Assembly (NCBI RefSeq): GCF_009914755.1
Contig: NC_060931.1
Direction: 5' to 3' (one strand)
Source: the human T2T-CHM13v2.0 reference genome, Homo sapiens
Length of the DNA: 64,000 nucleotides
The notes beneath the pieces were generated by a model. It was not told where the DNA came from and did no database searches. It saw only the letters and a list, made by a program, of their open reading frames with translations. Positions 47,559 through 64,000 of this stretch are shown here, piece after piece. The translations under genes and the position numbers were made by a program. Numbering within the stretch: the stretch's first letter is position 1; every line of letters starts with the position of its first letter.

Positions 47559-47861
47559 TCATTTAAGGCATGCATTTCACTCTGAGATGATGCCGCGTCT
47601 CCACACCTCCTGTAAGTTTCCTCCACTCCTCTCCACACACCCAGCCATGGTTCTTCAGTCAAGGAAAGGCCTGCAGCCGCCAGCCCCAACCCCCCCCACT
47701 CCCAGGGCCTTCTCCCAGACCTTGACCTGCCTGGGAAGTCCCAGCCAGGCACAGAGAGGGCAGCTCCTCTCAGGAAGAAGGAGCAACCAAGCTGACTGGT
47801 GCTAGGCCAGCCCAAAGTCTCAGCAAATGAAATATTCATGCAGCCAGAAGGCAGGAGATCA

Positions 47862-48955
<1,094 letters not shown>

Positions 48956-49131
48956 GGAGGGCACGCACAGACACAGACCCCAGAAAGACATGAATCCAAA
49001 AACAGATGCACAGGCCAGGTGCGGTGGCTCACACCTGTAATCACAGCACTTTGAGAGGCTGAGGCGGGTGGATCACCTGAGGTCAGGAGTTCAAAACCAG
49101 CCTGGCCAACACGGTGAAACACCCGTCTCTA

Positions 49132-49305
<174 letters not shown>

Positions 49306-50043
49306 TCAAAAAAATAAAAACAGATGCACAGACACAGACCCACGGGGGCACATACACACATAAACCCATACAAAGACTCACAACAAACATACACTCAGAC
49401 CAAGGGATGCCTCTTGGTGTCATGCAAATGCTTCCTAAAATCTACACCCCAGGCACCTGATGTGCCTCACCACTGTTCCCTCAAGTCAGGGCTGCTGTGG
49501 CACTTCCAGTCCTGCCTCCTGACACAGCCATGGAGACACCAATGGTGAGCTTGAAACAGGGGACTCCATGTTCCTGGTTTCTAATGTCTCTATTTAGGGA
49601 AGGTCTCTGGTCTCCCAACGTCTCTAACTCTGAATTTCCTTCACTTAGCCTGCTCACTGAAAGGGGGCCAGGAGCTGTGGGAGGAACAGACCAAGGTCAC
49701 ACAGAGAGTAACCCAATGGTGACTTGAACTGTGGAACCCAGACTCCCAACCCAGCAACATGAAAGGCTCAGCATTTCCATTCTCAAAATCCTCTCCCCCT
49801 GGCCAGGCACAGTGGTTCATGCTTGTAATCTCAGCACTCTGAGAAGCTGAGGAAGGGAAGGAGGATGGCTTCAGCCCAGGAGTTTGAGGTTGCAGTAAGA
49901 TATGATCACACCACTGCAGTCCAGCCTGGGCAACAGAGCGAGACCCTGTCTCAAAAAAAAAAAAAAAAAAAAAAAGGTCTGGTGTAGCAGCTCATGCCTG
50001 TAATCCCAATACTTTGAGAGGCCAAGGCAGGAGGATTGCTTGA

Positions 50044-50418
<375 letters not shown>

Positions 50419-50801
50419 TGAGCCACTGCATCCAGCCAAAATTTTAAAATTTAAAAAAATAATTTAAAATCTCCTGTCTCCATTAGGATGTCTCTCACAC
50501 TACACCCTCCTTTTTTTTTTTTTAAATTTTTGAGATGGTGTCAAAAAATGACAGCCTCTGTCATTCAGGCTGGAGTGCAGTGGCGCCACCATAGGTCACT
50601 GCAGCCTCAAATTCCTGGGCTCCAGCGATCCTCCCACCTCACCTCCCTGGTGCCTTTTATTTTATTTTATTTTATTTTATTTTTGACCCTAAGTCTTGCT
50701 CTTGTCGCCCAGTCTGGAGTGCAATGGTGCGATCTTGGCTCACTGCAACTCCGCCTCCCAGATTCAAGCGATTCTCCTGCCTCAGCCTCCCAAGTAGCTG
50801 A

Positions 50802-51092
<291 letters not shown>

Positions 51093-51129
51093 TGACATGC
51101 CTCCTCTCGCAAGTGGGGGAAACAGATGT

Positions 51130-51700
51130 CCCCGGGGGCTGGGGATAGGGGCGGGGGTGTGGGGAGGTGAGGGGCGAGGGGAAGGGGGGGAGGGGGGCGA
51201 AGGGGGCGGGGAGGAGGGGGAGCCGGCCGGGAGACGGCCCGGCCCAGCCGCCCGGGCTGTTGCCTCCGCTGCGGGCGTTCCTCCAGGCCTGCGGAGGGCG
51301 CTGCGGGCGCGGGGCTGGGCCGCTCTGGCTGGCGGGCGAGCAGAGAGGCGCCTCGGTGGCGGTGCGCTGTCCAGCATTTCAGCAAGCGGCGGCAGCACCC
51401 GCGGGGAGGCAGAGGGTGCGGGGCCGTGGGGGCCGCGGAGCTGCCCTGCCCAACTCAGCCCAGACTAGGCGGCAGCCCGGACCGGCGGGACCCGAGGGCC
51501 TGGCCCCAGCGCCCGGTAGATCGCGGCGGTCAGCGGTGAGGTGAGAGCGCCTGTGGGGCGGGGGCATATCCCCGAGGGGCTGGGGCTGGGTGGAAGCTCG
51601 GGCCTCCCCAGCACCCCCGTGGTCTGCAGGCTCCCCCGAGCAGAGGGGCAGTGTGGGAGGTCGGCGAGGGCGTCTGTCCGGGGGTGCCAGGCGCCCGGGG
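51130..51700 (+). promoter_or_regulatory. CpG-island promoter with G-tract (SP/KLF/MAZ-type, G-quadruplex-prone) upstream element
   Basis: Very high GC and CpG content; many G3-G6 runs at 51134-51225; GGGGCGGGG boxes. Confidence 0.85.
51369..51540 (+). other. SRRM3: Non-coding first exon, probably SRRM3 exon 1 (neural microexon regulator); intron 1 continues past the window end
   Basis: ATG-free GC-rich segment ending in a strong donor GAG|GTGAGA at 51540/51541, with no further coding exon in the next 12 kb. The name is inferred from the recalled 5'UTR and the 7q11.23 context next to GTF2I/GTF2IRD1 duplicons. No coding sequence in the window confirms it, and the TSS is approximate. Confidence 0.55.
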
Positions 51701-54263
51701 AGCAGAGATGAGGAACATTCATTTCACTGAGAGGGATGGAGACAGTGGAGACCCTTTGGGGTCATGGGCAGGACTCCCCTGGGCATAAATGACCATGGCC
51801 TAGTCCATGAGGGTGCCAGGGAGGCCCCCCAACCGCAGTCCCACTGAGGAGAAGGACCTGCTCCCCAGGGAAGGGAGGACCGATGCAGTAACCCTGTGGA
51901 GATGCTGGTCACTGGCCCTGGTGAAGGGAGCAGGCCCCCACCTGGATGCTGGGCCTCTGTCCAGCAGGAGGTGCCGGCCCAGGGGACAGCCTGGCCCCTT
52001 TCCCGGCTACCCAAATGCCCCTAGGGAGGCAGGAGCTGGCAAGGAGAACTGGGTCTCACAGGATGGCATTTACTCTTGCACTGGGAAGAGGATGGAGGAC
52101 ACAGAAGAGAAAATAGCTACTAGGAATTTGGGAGGGGGTTCTCTGTGCACACCCCCCACCCCAACCACGGACGCCCAGAGAGAGTTTCTAGCCCAGAGTT
52201 AGACCTGCGCCAGAGTGAATTCCTGGTAAAGAAGAGAGCTGAGAAAAGACGCAGCCTCTGCCTTGCCTCCGCCTCCCCCTCCCTCCCAGGGCTCCTGCCT
52301 GGACAGTGTTGAAGCCTCCTGCAGTTCCTACTCCTGACAGCAGATCCATTGTGGGGAGAGATTTAGTGGGAGGAAGGGAAGGTTGTACCAAGGTCTGACG
52401 TGGTACTTCAATGCCTGTGCCCTATCCCAGCCATAACTTCTCGCTGTCCTAAGACCTCACTCACCCTAGCATCGGGGGCTTGAGCTGGTCTTTTGTCCCA
52501 TGGCAAGAGAAAAGGCAGGTGCTGGGCTTTGACGGAGAGACGTGCACAAGTTCCTCTGTCCAGGGAGCATCTTAAGGTCATGGCCCCAGTTTGTGCCAGC
52601 TTCTTCCTCAGTCAAAAATAGGACCCAGCTGGCTAGGAAATTGTTCCCACACAGCAGTAGCTTTCTGGTTCCTTAACTTTATGCCCCATCCCACTCTCCT
52701 GTGGGGTGGAGGAGGTATTCTTGAAGACTGACTAAAGAGTCAACTGGGTTTTAAGAGGTAGGGGTATGTGGGTTGGGAGTCATGGACTCTGATGTCAGAA
52801 AGACATGGGATCAAATCTAGGTTATGTGACCTCAGGTAAGCCATTGACCTTTCTGAGTCTGTTTTCAATCTGTAAAACAGGTGTAGTGTTAGCAATGTCT
52901 ACTTTGCTGTTGAAAGAAATAATCTGGATAAGGAGATGGGAGACTACTTTTACGGTATAAAATGCTGGGTGAGTGTTAGTAAATAGGAGACAAGTAAGAA
53001 TTTCTTAAAGAAGAGCTGGATAAATGTGGAATAGTGTTCAGTGATATTTGAAGCACATTTTTCTGTTCCCAGAGGAGATGAACAGTGGTTGAGAGCCTCA
53101 TGCCCAGCTCCATGCTGGGCACAATGCAACGGTTGACTCAGCTAATCCTCACAGAAGCTTCATGAGGAAGGCATCATTGTCCCTATTTCATAGCTGAGAA
53201 ATGAAGCTTGAGTGACTTTCCCAAGGTCATGAAGCCACTCGCGCTGTCCTCCTGGAGGCAGGAGAGTTACTGATGACCTGTCCCATCCTCTGAGTATCAA
53301 GGCCCAGTTCAATGCCAGTGTCTTGATTTATGATGCCAGCTTTACAGGTGGGGAGCCTGAGGCAGGTGGGTGAGGGCATACAGTGCAGTAAGGAGGTGAC
53401 TCCCACAAGGTCACTGGGATACTTAGAGGTAGAATGTGCCTTGAACCGGCCAGCGGGGTGCCTCTACCCCGTCACACCTGCCAAAGGGGGGGTCTGGGTC
53501 TGACAGTCCCATCTGCTCACTGCTGCACCCGTTCTGCACCTCCTCTGCCTCCCAACCTCTTGCTGACCTCTGCCAGCCAGTGACTGCTCCTTCCTTTCTT
53601 AGTGGTTCACCCTCACCTCCTGAGATGGTCCATGGCCAGGAGCAGCTACTAGCGCTGCTGGGGTCAGCCTCCCTTCCTGACTTTTCTCCCTCCTCTGCCC
53701 ATATTTTATTGTCCCCCAGGGACAAAATCATAGCTCTTCCTGTCTCAGAAGCCTTCCAGGGGCACCAATGGGGAGGTTAGAGAAGCCCAGCCCCTCTTTC
53801 TTCACTCCTACACATACACTGAGCCTCTGCCCATGGTCCTGTAACTTCGTATACATGATCTCATCTCATCCTCACATAACCTGGACCCAAAGGTGCTGCT
53901 GTCTCCCTTTCACATAGGAGAAAAACAAGGCCTGAAGGTGTGATGGGACTTTCCCAAAGTCACAGAGCAAGGTCTTGGTGCAACCCAACCCCACTGCCTC
54001 AGGACCCCAGGATGACTTCCACAACACCACTCTGCCCCCGATTCTCCAGGCTCCCCAGGGCGAGAATCAATCCAGGCACTGTAGGCCAGTGAGTGTTGGA
54101 GAGGTGGGTGGCACATGGTGAAGGCAACTGAAGGACTCTTGAACATGAGTCCAAGGACCTTCTTTCTGGCCCTATCTCTGATCCTGGCTCCCTGTATGAC
54201 CTTGAAGGGGTCCCTTCCCACCTCTTGGCCTCAGTGTCCCCAACCCTAAAATGATGGGGTTTA

Positions 54264-54389
<126 letters not shown>

Positions 54390-54633
54390 TTATAAAAAGA
54401 AAGCTATTCTCCTCTGAACATCGCTTCTCCCAGCTCCTTTCTCCTCACTCAGCCTCCTGCCCCTCAGTGAGTTCCCCCTCTTGATCCCCTCTCTCCTCAT
54501 TGAACCCTCCCCCATCTCTGATCCGCTCCCCTCCGCAACTCCTTCACTGAGCCAAGGTGTTGGAACTGAGAAGGAAATTCACCTCCATTTCTTGCAGTCC
54601 CTCCCATTCAGCCTAGACTCATTTCCACACTGA

Positions 54634-55044
<411 letters not shown>

Positions 55045-55491
55045 TAAGCCTCAATCACCTCACCTCTGTTGCTTCCCTAGTCCCATGCCTGTGGTCCTTG
55101 GGGGCCTCCTGGGCTCTGGTGAACAACCCTGAGAGGGTGTGGAAGGCATCTTCAGTGTCCCTGCAGCTCACCTCAAATTCTGGGCCAGAAAGGACTCTAA
55201 CCTTGGTTCAGCCAAAGAGTCCTGGGATCTGTAGATGGGCCACTGGGCCTGTCTAAGCCCTATTTTCCCCCTTTAATTAAGACCCAAGTCTGTAAGTGAC
55301 TTGGGACAGGTGAATTTGAAATCTCAGCTCCAATAAATCAAAGCTTGAAACACTGGAGGTGACTTCAACCTCTAATGATGGAACTGCAGGCTTCCTGACA
55401 TACAGATTTATAGGACAGAGATATGTTTAAATCTTGGGACTGACAGGGCCTTCGTGGGTGGGGGGTCATCTGGTCAAAACCCATTTTTTAA

Positions 55492-55749
<258 letters not shown>

Positions 55750-57835
55750 TGATGAATGGAGAAGAGTCGGATGAGGGGAAGGGAAGGGAAGGTGTTTGGG
55801 GGGCAGAGTGAGGGAGAGTGGGTTCAGAGAGGAGAAAGGGATTGGAGAGAGAGAGAGAGAGAGCAGGAGGAGTGGGATGCCCAGGAGAACAGAGGGGATT
55901 ATGACAGGGAAGGGCTTGTTACCAAAAATTACAGACCCAGCCTGGCCCAGCCTAGGCCTTCACTGTGGCTTAGCACCTGCTGATACCTCTGGGGTGCTGT
56001 CCCTCTGCCCTCTTCTGGGTCATGAGCGCAGGAGGGCGACATCTCCATCCTGGAGGCTCAGCCCTGTTGGCCCCATGTCATCTAGAATAGGGCTCTCAGA
56101 GGGCCTGGGTGGGTGAGCCGGGTTCAGGCTGCCTCACTGACTGTTAGCCTAGAAGACAGGCCCCTGGGGCCATGTGTACATTGGCTCCAGAGCAGTCCTC
56201 GCCCCCCAAGGACTCCTTCAGAGCCTAAAGCCTCTGGCCTGTCCTTCTGCAGCGCTGCTTCCTCGGCAGCCAGCCTGGCCTCAGCCTCCTGCCGCCCCCG
56301 CCCTGGCCTCCTGCCCACTGCAGAGGCTGCTGTGCCGGCGGAAGCTGACGGACGGTGCCACGGCTCCCTTAGCATCCTGCCAGGGCCTCTGAGGGCTGTG
56401 AGGAGGCCTGACCCATTTACTCAGACCCCAGGGTCCAGGCGACTTCCTCAGCTGAGCCCCCTCCTAGTCCAGCACTCCCTCCCCACCACCATTTCCCAGG
56501 ACTTCCCAGGACAGAGACAGGTAAAAGCAAGTTGTACAGAATCGTTCTGATTGTAAGAATGGCGTATCTTCAGCCTAGGCGGCATAGCAAGACCTCGGCT
56601 CACTAAAAAAAAATAAAAATAAAAAATTAGCCATGTGTGGTGGCACGTGCCTGTAGTCCCAGCTACTTGGGAGGCTGAGGTGGGAGGACTGCTTGAGTCT
56701 AGGACTTCAAGGATCTAGTGAACTATAATTGCACAACTACACTCCAGCCTGGGCGACAGAGTGGGACTCCATCTCAAAAGAAGAAAACACAGAGAAAGAG
56801 AGAGAGAGAGAGAATGGCATATCTTCATTGTACAAGTCTTGGGAAATACAGAAACCAAGGAGAAAATAGAAACTATCAGTAGTTCCACCACCCAAAGACA
56901 ACCACTTTGAACACAGTATGGTATTTCCTTGCAGGCTTTTTTCCATGTGTCCGTAGGTACATAGAGTTAAATAACCAGGAACATGCTGCTGGAGGAGGTC
57001 TGTTGCTGTTTTTACTCTATCATGAGCATTCTCTGATGTCTTTAAAGACTCTTTAGGGCCAGGTTTGGTGGCTCACCCTGTAATCCCAGCACTTTGGGAA
57101 GCCAAGGCAGGAGGATCGCTTGAGCCCAGCAGTTTGAGACCAGCCTGGGAAACAGTGAAACCCCATCTCTACCAATAAATAAATAAATAAATAAATAAAT
57201 ATTAGCCAGACTTGGTGGTGCACGCATGTAGCCCCAGCTACTCAGGAGGCTGAGGTGGGAGGATCGCTTGAGCTCAGGAGTTCAAGGCTGCAGTGAGCTG
57301 AGATCGCACCACTGCACTCCAGCCTGAGCAACAGAGCGGGGGACTCTGTCTCAGTAAAGAAAGAAATAAATATTCTTCCAAAAGCATATTTTTAATGGCC
57401 TTATAAAGGCTGGGCATGGGTGGAGCTGAGAGCAGCAGAGAGAGTCTCTCCCTTGCCCCTGCCCTGTCCCTCTTGGGTGGCACAGCTTTGGGGTCTGCGT
57501 GTGTGGATTTCCCCTGGTGAAAATAACTTTATGGCCTGGGATAGGTCAGACAGAAAGTAAGGCAAGCCCCTCTGCCAGGGATTGAGGTAAGGATTTGCCA
57601 GAACTGCTAGGGAAGGAGGACATGAGAGCATCACATATCCCTGGCGGGGTGGGCTTAGGGGGCGGTGAGGGCTTGGATCCAACAAGACCCCAGAAGAAAG
57701 CACCCAGAACTGGAATCTGGTGGCTCCCAATCTCTTGAGCCCTGATTTCCGCTGGCCTCCAACCTCCAACCCTTTTTCTCTTCTGTAAAATGGATATAAT
57801 GATACTTGCCTCCAGATGATACTAGAAGTGACTCA

Positions 57836-58042
<207 letters not shown>

Positions 58043-58202
58043 TCACGCCTGTAATCCCAGCAGTTTGGGAGGCTGAGGTGGGCAGATCACTTGAAATCAG
58101 GAGTTCGAGACCAGCCTGGCCATCATGGAGAAACCCCATCTCCACTAAAAATACAAAAATTAGCCAGGCCTGGTGGAGGGTGACTGTAATCCCAGCTACT
58201 CA

Positions 58203-58463
<261 letters not shown>

Positions 58464-58649
58464 TCAGGAGGCTGAGGCAAGAGGATCACTTGAGCCCAGA
58501 AAGTCAAGGCTGCAACGAGCTATGATTGCACCACTATACTCCAGCCTGGGTGACAGAGCAAGATCCTGTCTCCAAAAAAGCACCCCAGGAAGGGTAAAAT
58601 CCAGTGCACTTCTGCTAGGTGGAGGTCACCCTTTGAGGGGGTTAGACTA

Positions 58650-59000
58650 TACAATCGACATTTAATGAGGGCCTCCTGTTTTCTGGGCACAGCACGAGGC
58701 CCGAGGACACAGAGGTGAATCAGACTCTGCCTCTGACCTTGAGGAGCTTCTGGACCAGTGGAAAGGAAGGCAGTCATGAAAACTGATGATCCACTGAGGT
58801 TCTGCTAGAACTAAGTCGTCCAAAGTGATATGGAGCATCAGAGGAGGCTTCTGGGAGAGGTGACATTTCAGTTGGGCCTCAAAGAATGACAGGGGAGGTG
58901 CCAGACAGAGAGGGCAGAGGATTGGCACTCCAGAGAGCATCATGGGCAATGGCACAGAGGTATGAAACCTCCTGGCTGGATTCAAGGGATAGTTACCTAA
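58650..59000 (-). mobile_element. L2 LINE fragment
   Basis: catttaatgagggcctcctgttttctgggcac...ggaggcttctgggagaggtgacatttcagttgggcctcaaagaatga is typical L2 3' sequence. Confidence 0.55.
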
Positions 59001-59140
59001 TGTGGTCATAGGACAGGACAGAGGGCAGGGCTGATAATAGGCAGCCCAGTGGGAGTGGTTGGCCTTGAAGAGTTGGAATTTTTTTTTTTTTTTTTTTGAT
59101 ACAGGGTCTCACCATCTGCTAGGCTGGAGTGCAATAGTGA

Positions 59141-59260
<120 letters not shown>

Positions 59261-60068
59261 TAGAGATGGGGTTTTGCTATGTTGCCCAGGCTGGTCTCAA
59301 ATGCCTGGCCTCAAGCAATCCTCCCATCTCGGGCTCTCAAAGTGCTGAGATTACAGGCATGAGCCGCTGCACCCAGTCAAGAGCTGGAAATTTATTCAGA
59401 AAGCAATGACAATTATAAGCTCTGGAGCAATGCCATCAAATGCTCAGGTTTGCACTTCAGGAAGGCCCCTCTGCCTGCAATAGGGTAGGAGGCAGAGAGG
59501 GAAAGGAAGAGACCTAGAGCAGAGAGGTCAGGGAGGTGTCTGTCTGCCTATTCATGTGGGCAGGAGGTGATGGTACCACTGAAAGGGGGTACAGGATACC
59601 AGAGACATGCCTCTGGGAGCTGGGCAACCTGCCCCCTACACCAATCTCCAGCTGATGGCACAGCCCTTGGTATCAGACAGAGCACCCCAGGTTAGAGGAG
59701 TGGGCTTCAAGACTGGCAGAACCTCCAAGCCACCCCTTCTCTCATCAGGGCCCCAGAGGGGGCTTCTGGGGAGGCAGGAAAGCTGGAACATTCAGTGGGT
59801 CCTTCCTGGGGGAAGTCCTGTCTTCCCTCTCTGTCAGGCCCTATCTGACACATATGTCATTCTCCCCAGAAACCTCTCTCTTCCCTGCCTCTCAAATGCT
59901 GTCTTCTTCTCTCTCCTGCTCCTCAGACATCAGAAAGCAGAGATCGTCCTTGATTCATTCATTCATTCATCACACAGCAGTAGCTCTTCCCCACTTAAAA
60001 GCTGCATGAACACATTGTCATCCCCAAGCCCTGTGCTAGGCATTAGGTAAAGAGAGGAGAAGCAGGAG

Positions 60069-60237
60069 TTGGGCACGGTGGCACACACCTGTGGTCCTAG
60101 ATACTTGGGAGGCTGGGACATGAGGATTGCTTGAGTCCAGGAGTCTTGGGGGGGCGGGTAGTGCACTATGATCACACCTGTAAATAGCCCCTGCACTCCA
60201 GCCTGGGCAACATAGTGAGATCCCGTCTCTAAAAAAA
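60069..60237 (+). mobile_element. FAM (fossil Alu monomer, 7SL-derived)
   Basis: Single monomer with the FAM-diagnostic gtagtgcactatgatcacacctgtaaatagcc segment and a short A tail. Confidence 0.7.
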
Positions 60238-60261
60238 TGGGAGGAGCAGGACAGTCCTTGA

Positions 60262-60465
<204 letters not shown>

Positions 60466-61180
60466 TAGTAGAGACAGGGTTTCAACATATTGGGTAGGCT
60501 GGTCTCGAACTCCTGACCTTGTAATCTGCCCACCTCAGCCTCCCAAAGTGCTGGGATTACAGGCGTGAGCCACTGCGCCCAGCCAAGAATGTTTTTTAGA
60601 TGGACTAGGGGTTATGTAGCAGCATTCCAAGGGCTACCGGGACACCGGTGTGGGGAAGGACTCCCTGACCTGGTTGACTTTGGTTAACTTTTGAGCCGGC
60701 CTCACAGATGGAGCTCGTAGAATGAATGCAGGTTTGCCAGGCAGAGGCACAAGGAGGCAGGGTGATTTTGGCAGGAGCAGAGAGGAGGAGGTAAGAGCAC
60801 CAGGTGCTTGGGGAACAGCATGGCTGGAGTGCCAGGGTCCGGGCGGAGGAGCGAAAGCCCGGGTTGGAGACAGGGGCCTCACTGTTGGGGGGCGGGGGGG
60901 GAATTATTGCCAGGTGAGGCAGCCTAGCCTTTTTTCCGTAGACAGCAGAGAACGCCAGGAATGTTCCCAGTAGGTAAGTGCATGGCCAGAGCTGTTCCAG
61001 GAAGGTCACCCTGAAGAGCGGTTTTGATTTGGACAGATGGAGACAACAGGGGGCCTGCGGTGTGTTTTCAGGACATAGGTCATATGGCCTGGGGCCTTTC
61101 CTCTCCTCTCTGCGGCTCAGCCCAATCTGGACACCCAGAACCGCTGCAGCCATGGTCCCTAGGTGCAGAGGTACCTGCCC

Positions 61181-62661
<1,481 letters not shown>

Positions 62662-63175
62662 TAGTAGAAACGGGGTTTCACTATGTTGGCCAGGCTGGTC
62701 TCGAACTCCTGACCTCAGGCAATCCACCCGCCTCAGCCTCCCACAGTGCTAGGATTACAGGCGTGAGCCACCGTGCCCGGCTTTACACCCCATTCACACT
62801 GGTGGTTTACCTTTCCAACTCATTTGGTATTTTCTGTGTGCCGGCACTGCTGCGTGTATTAACTTATTTAGTCCTCACAACATCCAATGATGTAGGTCGG
62901 TCCTAGTTGGGGAAATGGAGGCACGGAGAGGTAAATAACATCGCCCAGCTAAGAAGTGGTTGACCCACAGAGGTTGCACCAAGGTACTGTGAGGCCCAGG
63001 GTGGCTGTTCTTTAAGGGCAGGGACCTCGTGGGATTCATTGTTGCAGGTTGTCAGTGCAAGCATGGGGCCTGGCATCTAGGAGGTACTCGGTTTCCTCAT
63101 CTGTAGGATGGGCTGAAGGATGGGAATTCTCTCTCAGGGTTTCTCTGTAGCTTGGGGACTTGAAAGGGGTTATGA

Positions 63176-63469
<294 letters not shown>

Positions 63470-64000
63470 TGAACTCCTGGACTAAGTGATCCTTCCACCT
63501 CAGCCTCCCAAAGTGTTGGGATTACAGGCGTGAACCACTGCGCCCAACCCTCTCTGGGATTTTAGGGTGGAATAGTTTCCCAGACAGGAGGCCTTTTCCC
63601 TCCTCCACCATGCTGTGGTTCACCCTGTCCCACAGAAATCAGCCCCTTTGAGCCTGGCCTGGGGCTGGGTACCCTGATGGAGATTCTCGGATGATGGCAG
63701 AGCAGAGTGGAGACTTGGAGAGGCCACTGCTGCACCAGGAGCTCCCACTCCCGATCCGACATTAAGGGGCTCACCTGTTCCCAGGGCAAGGAAGACCTCC
63801 CTTCAGCACCCCTGCCATTCCTACCTCCCACCCACCATCCCTCAGGAGCCGTGGGTTGTTGTCAATGATGTTGTAAATTAGCTGCTTAATTAACTATTTA
63901 GGCTAATCAGATTAATTGACATTAATTGGTTACCATTTGTCAAGGACCTTGAAAAGCTGTGCTCCTCAGAGTTGAAGTGTGTGACTGGTGCCGGGCAGGG

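Noticed and set aside
60069-60237. 7SL RNA gene
   Set aside because: It lacks the 7SL S domain and is diverged, consistent with a FAM monomer.

Overview
Primate, very probably human, genomic DNA. It is extremely Alu-dense, with about 100 full or partial Alus covering roughly half the window by eye, so almost all ORFs in the supplied track are Alu or microsatellite artefacts. The left ~27 kb is a segmental-duplication mosaic of the chromosome 7 type. It contains (i) the probable 5' end of a GC-rich retrocopy at the window edge, (ii) decayed, intron-containing GTF2I exons on the - strand (~5.9-12.6 kb), (iii) a CpG-island promoter with bidirectional-type motifs at ~16.0-16.2 kb, directly followed by a disabled NUPR2 copy on the + strand, and (iv) four GTF2IRD1 exons on the + strand (23.2-26.6 kb) that keep all splice sites and join without stops. 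From ~27 to 51 kb the sequence is intergenic, with Alu, MLT1, three LTR8 copies, MIR/L2 and an old inverted duplication. A second CpG island at ~51.1-51.7 kb carries a non-coding first exon on the + strand, probably SRRM3 exon 1 (7q11.23); the rest of the window looks like its first intron. No complete conventional protein-coding gene is present. The most interesting candidate is a possible chimeric NUPR2-pseudogene/GTF2IRD1 transcription unit with an open spliced reading frame of 126 aa, or 238 aa from an upstream ATG. Gene identities come from recalled protein sequences, not from a database search.
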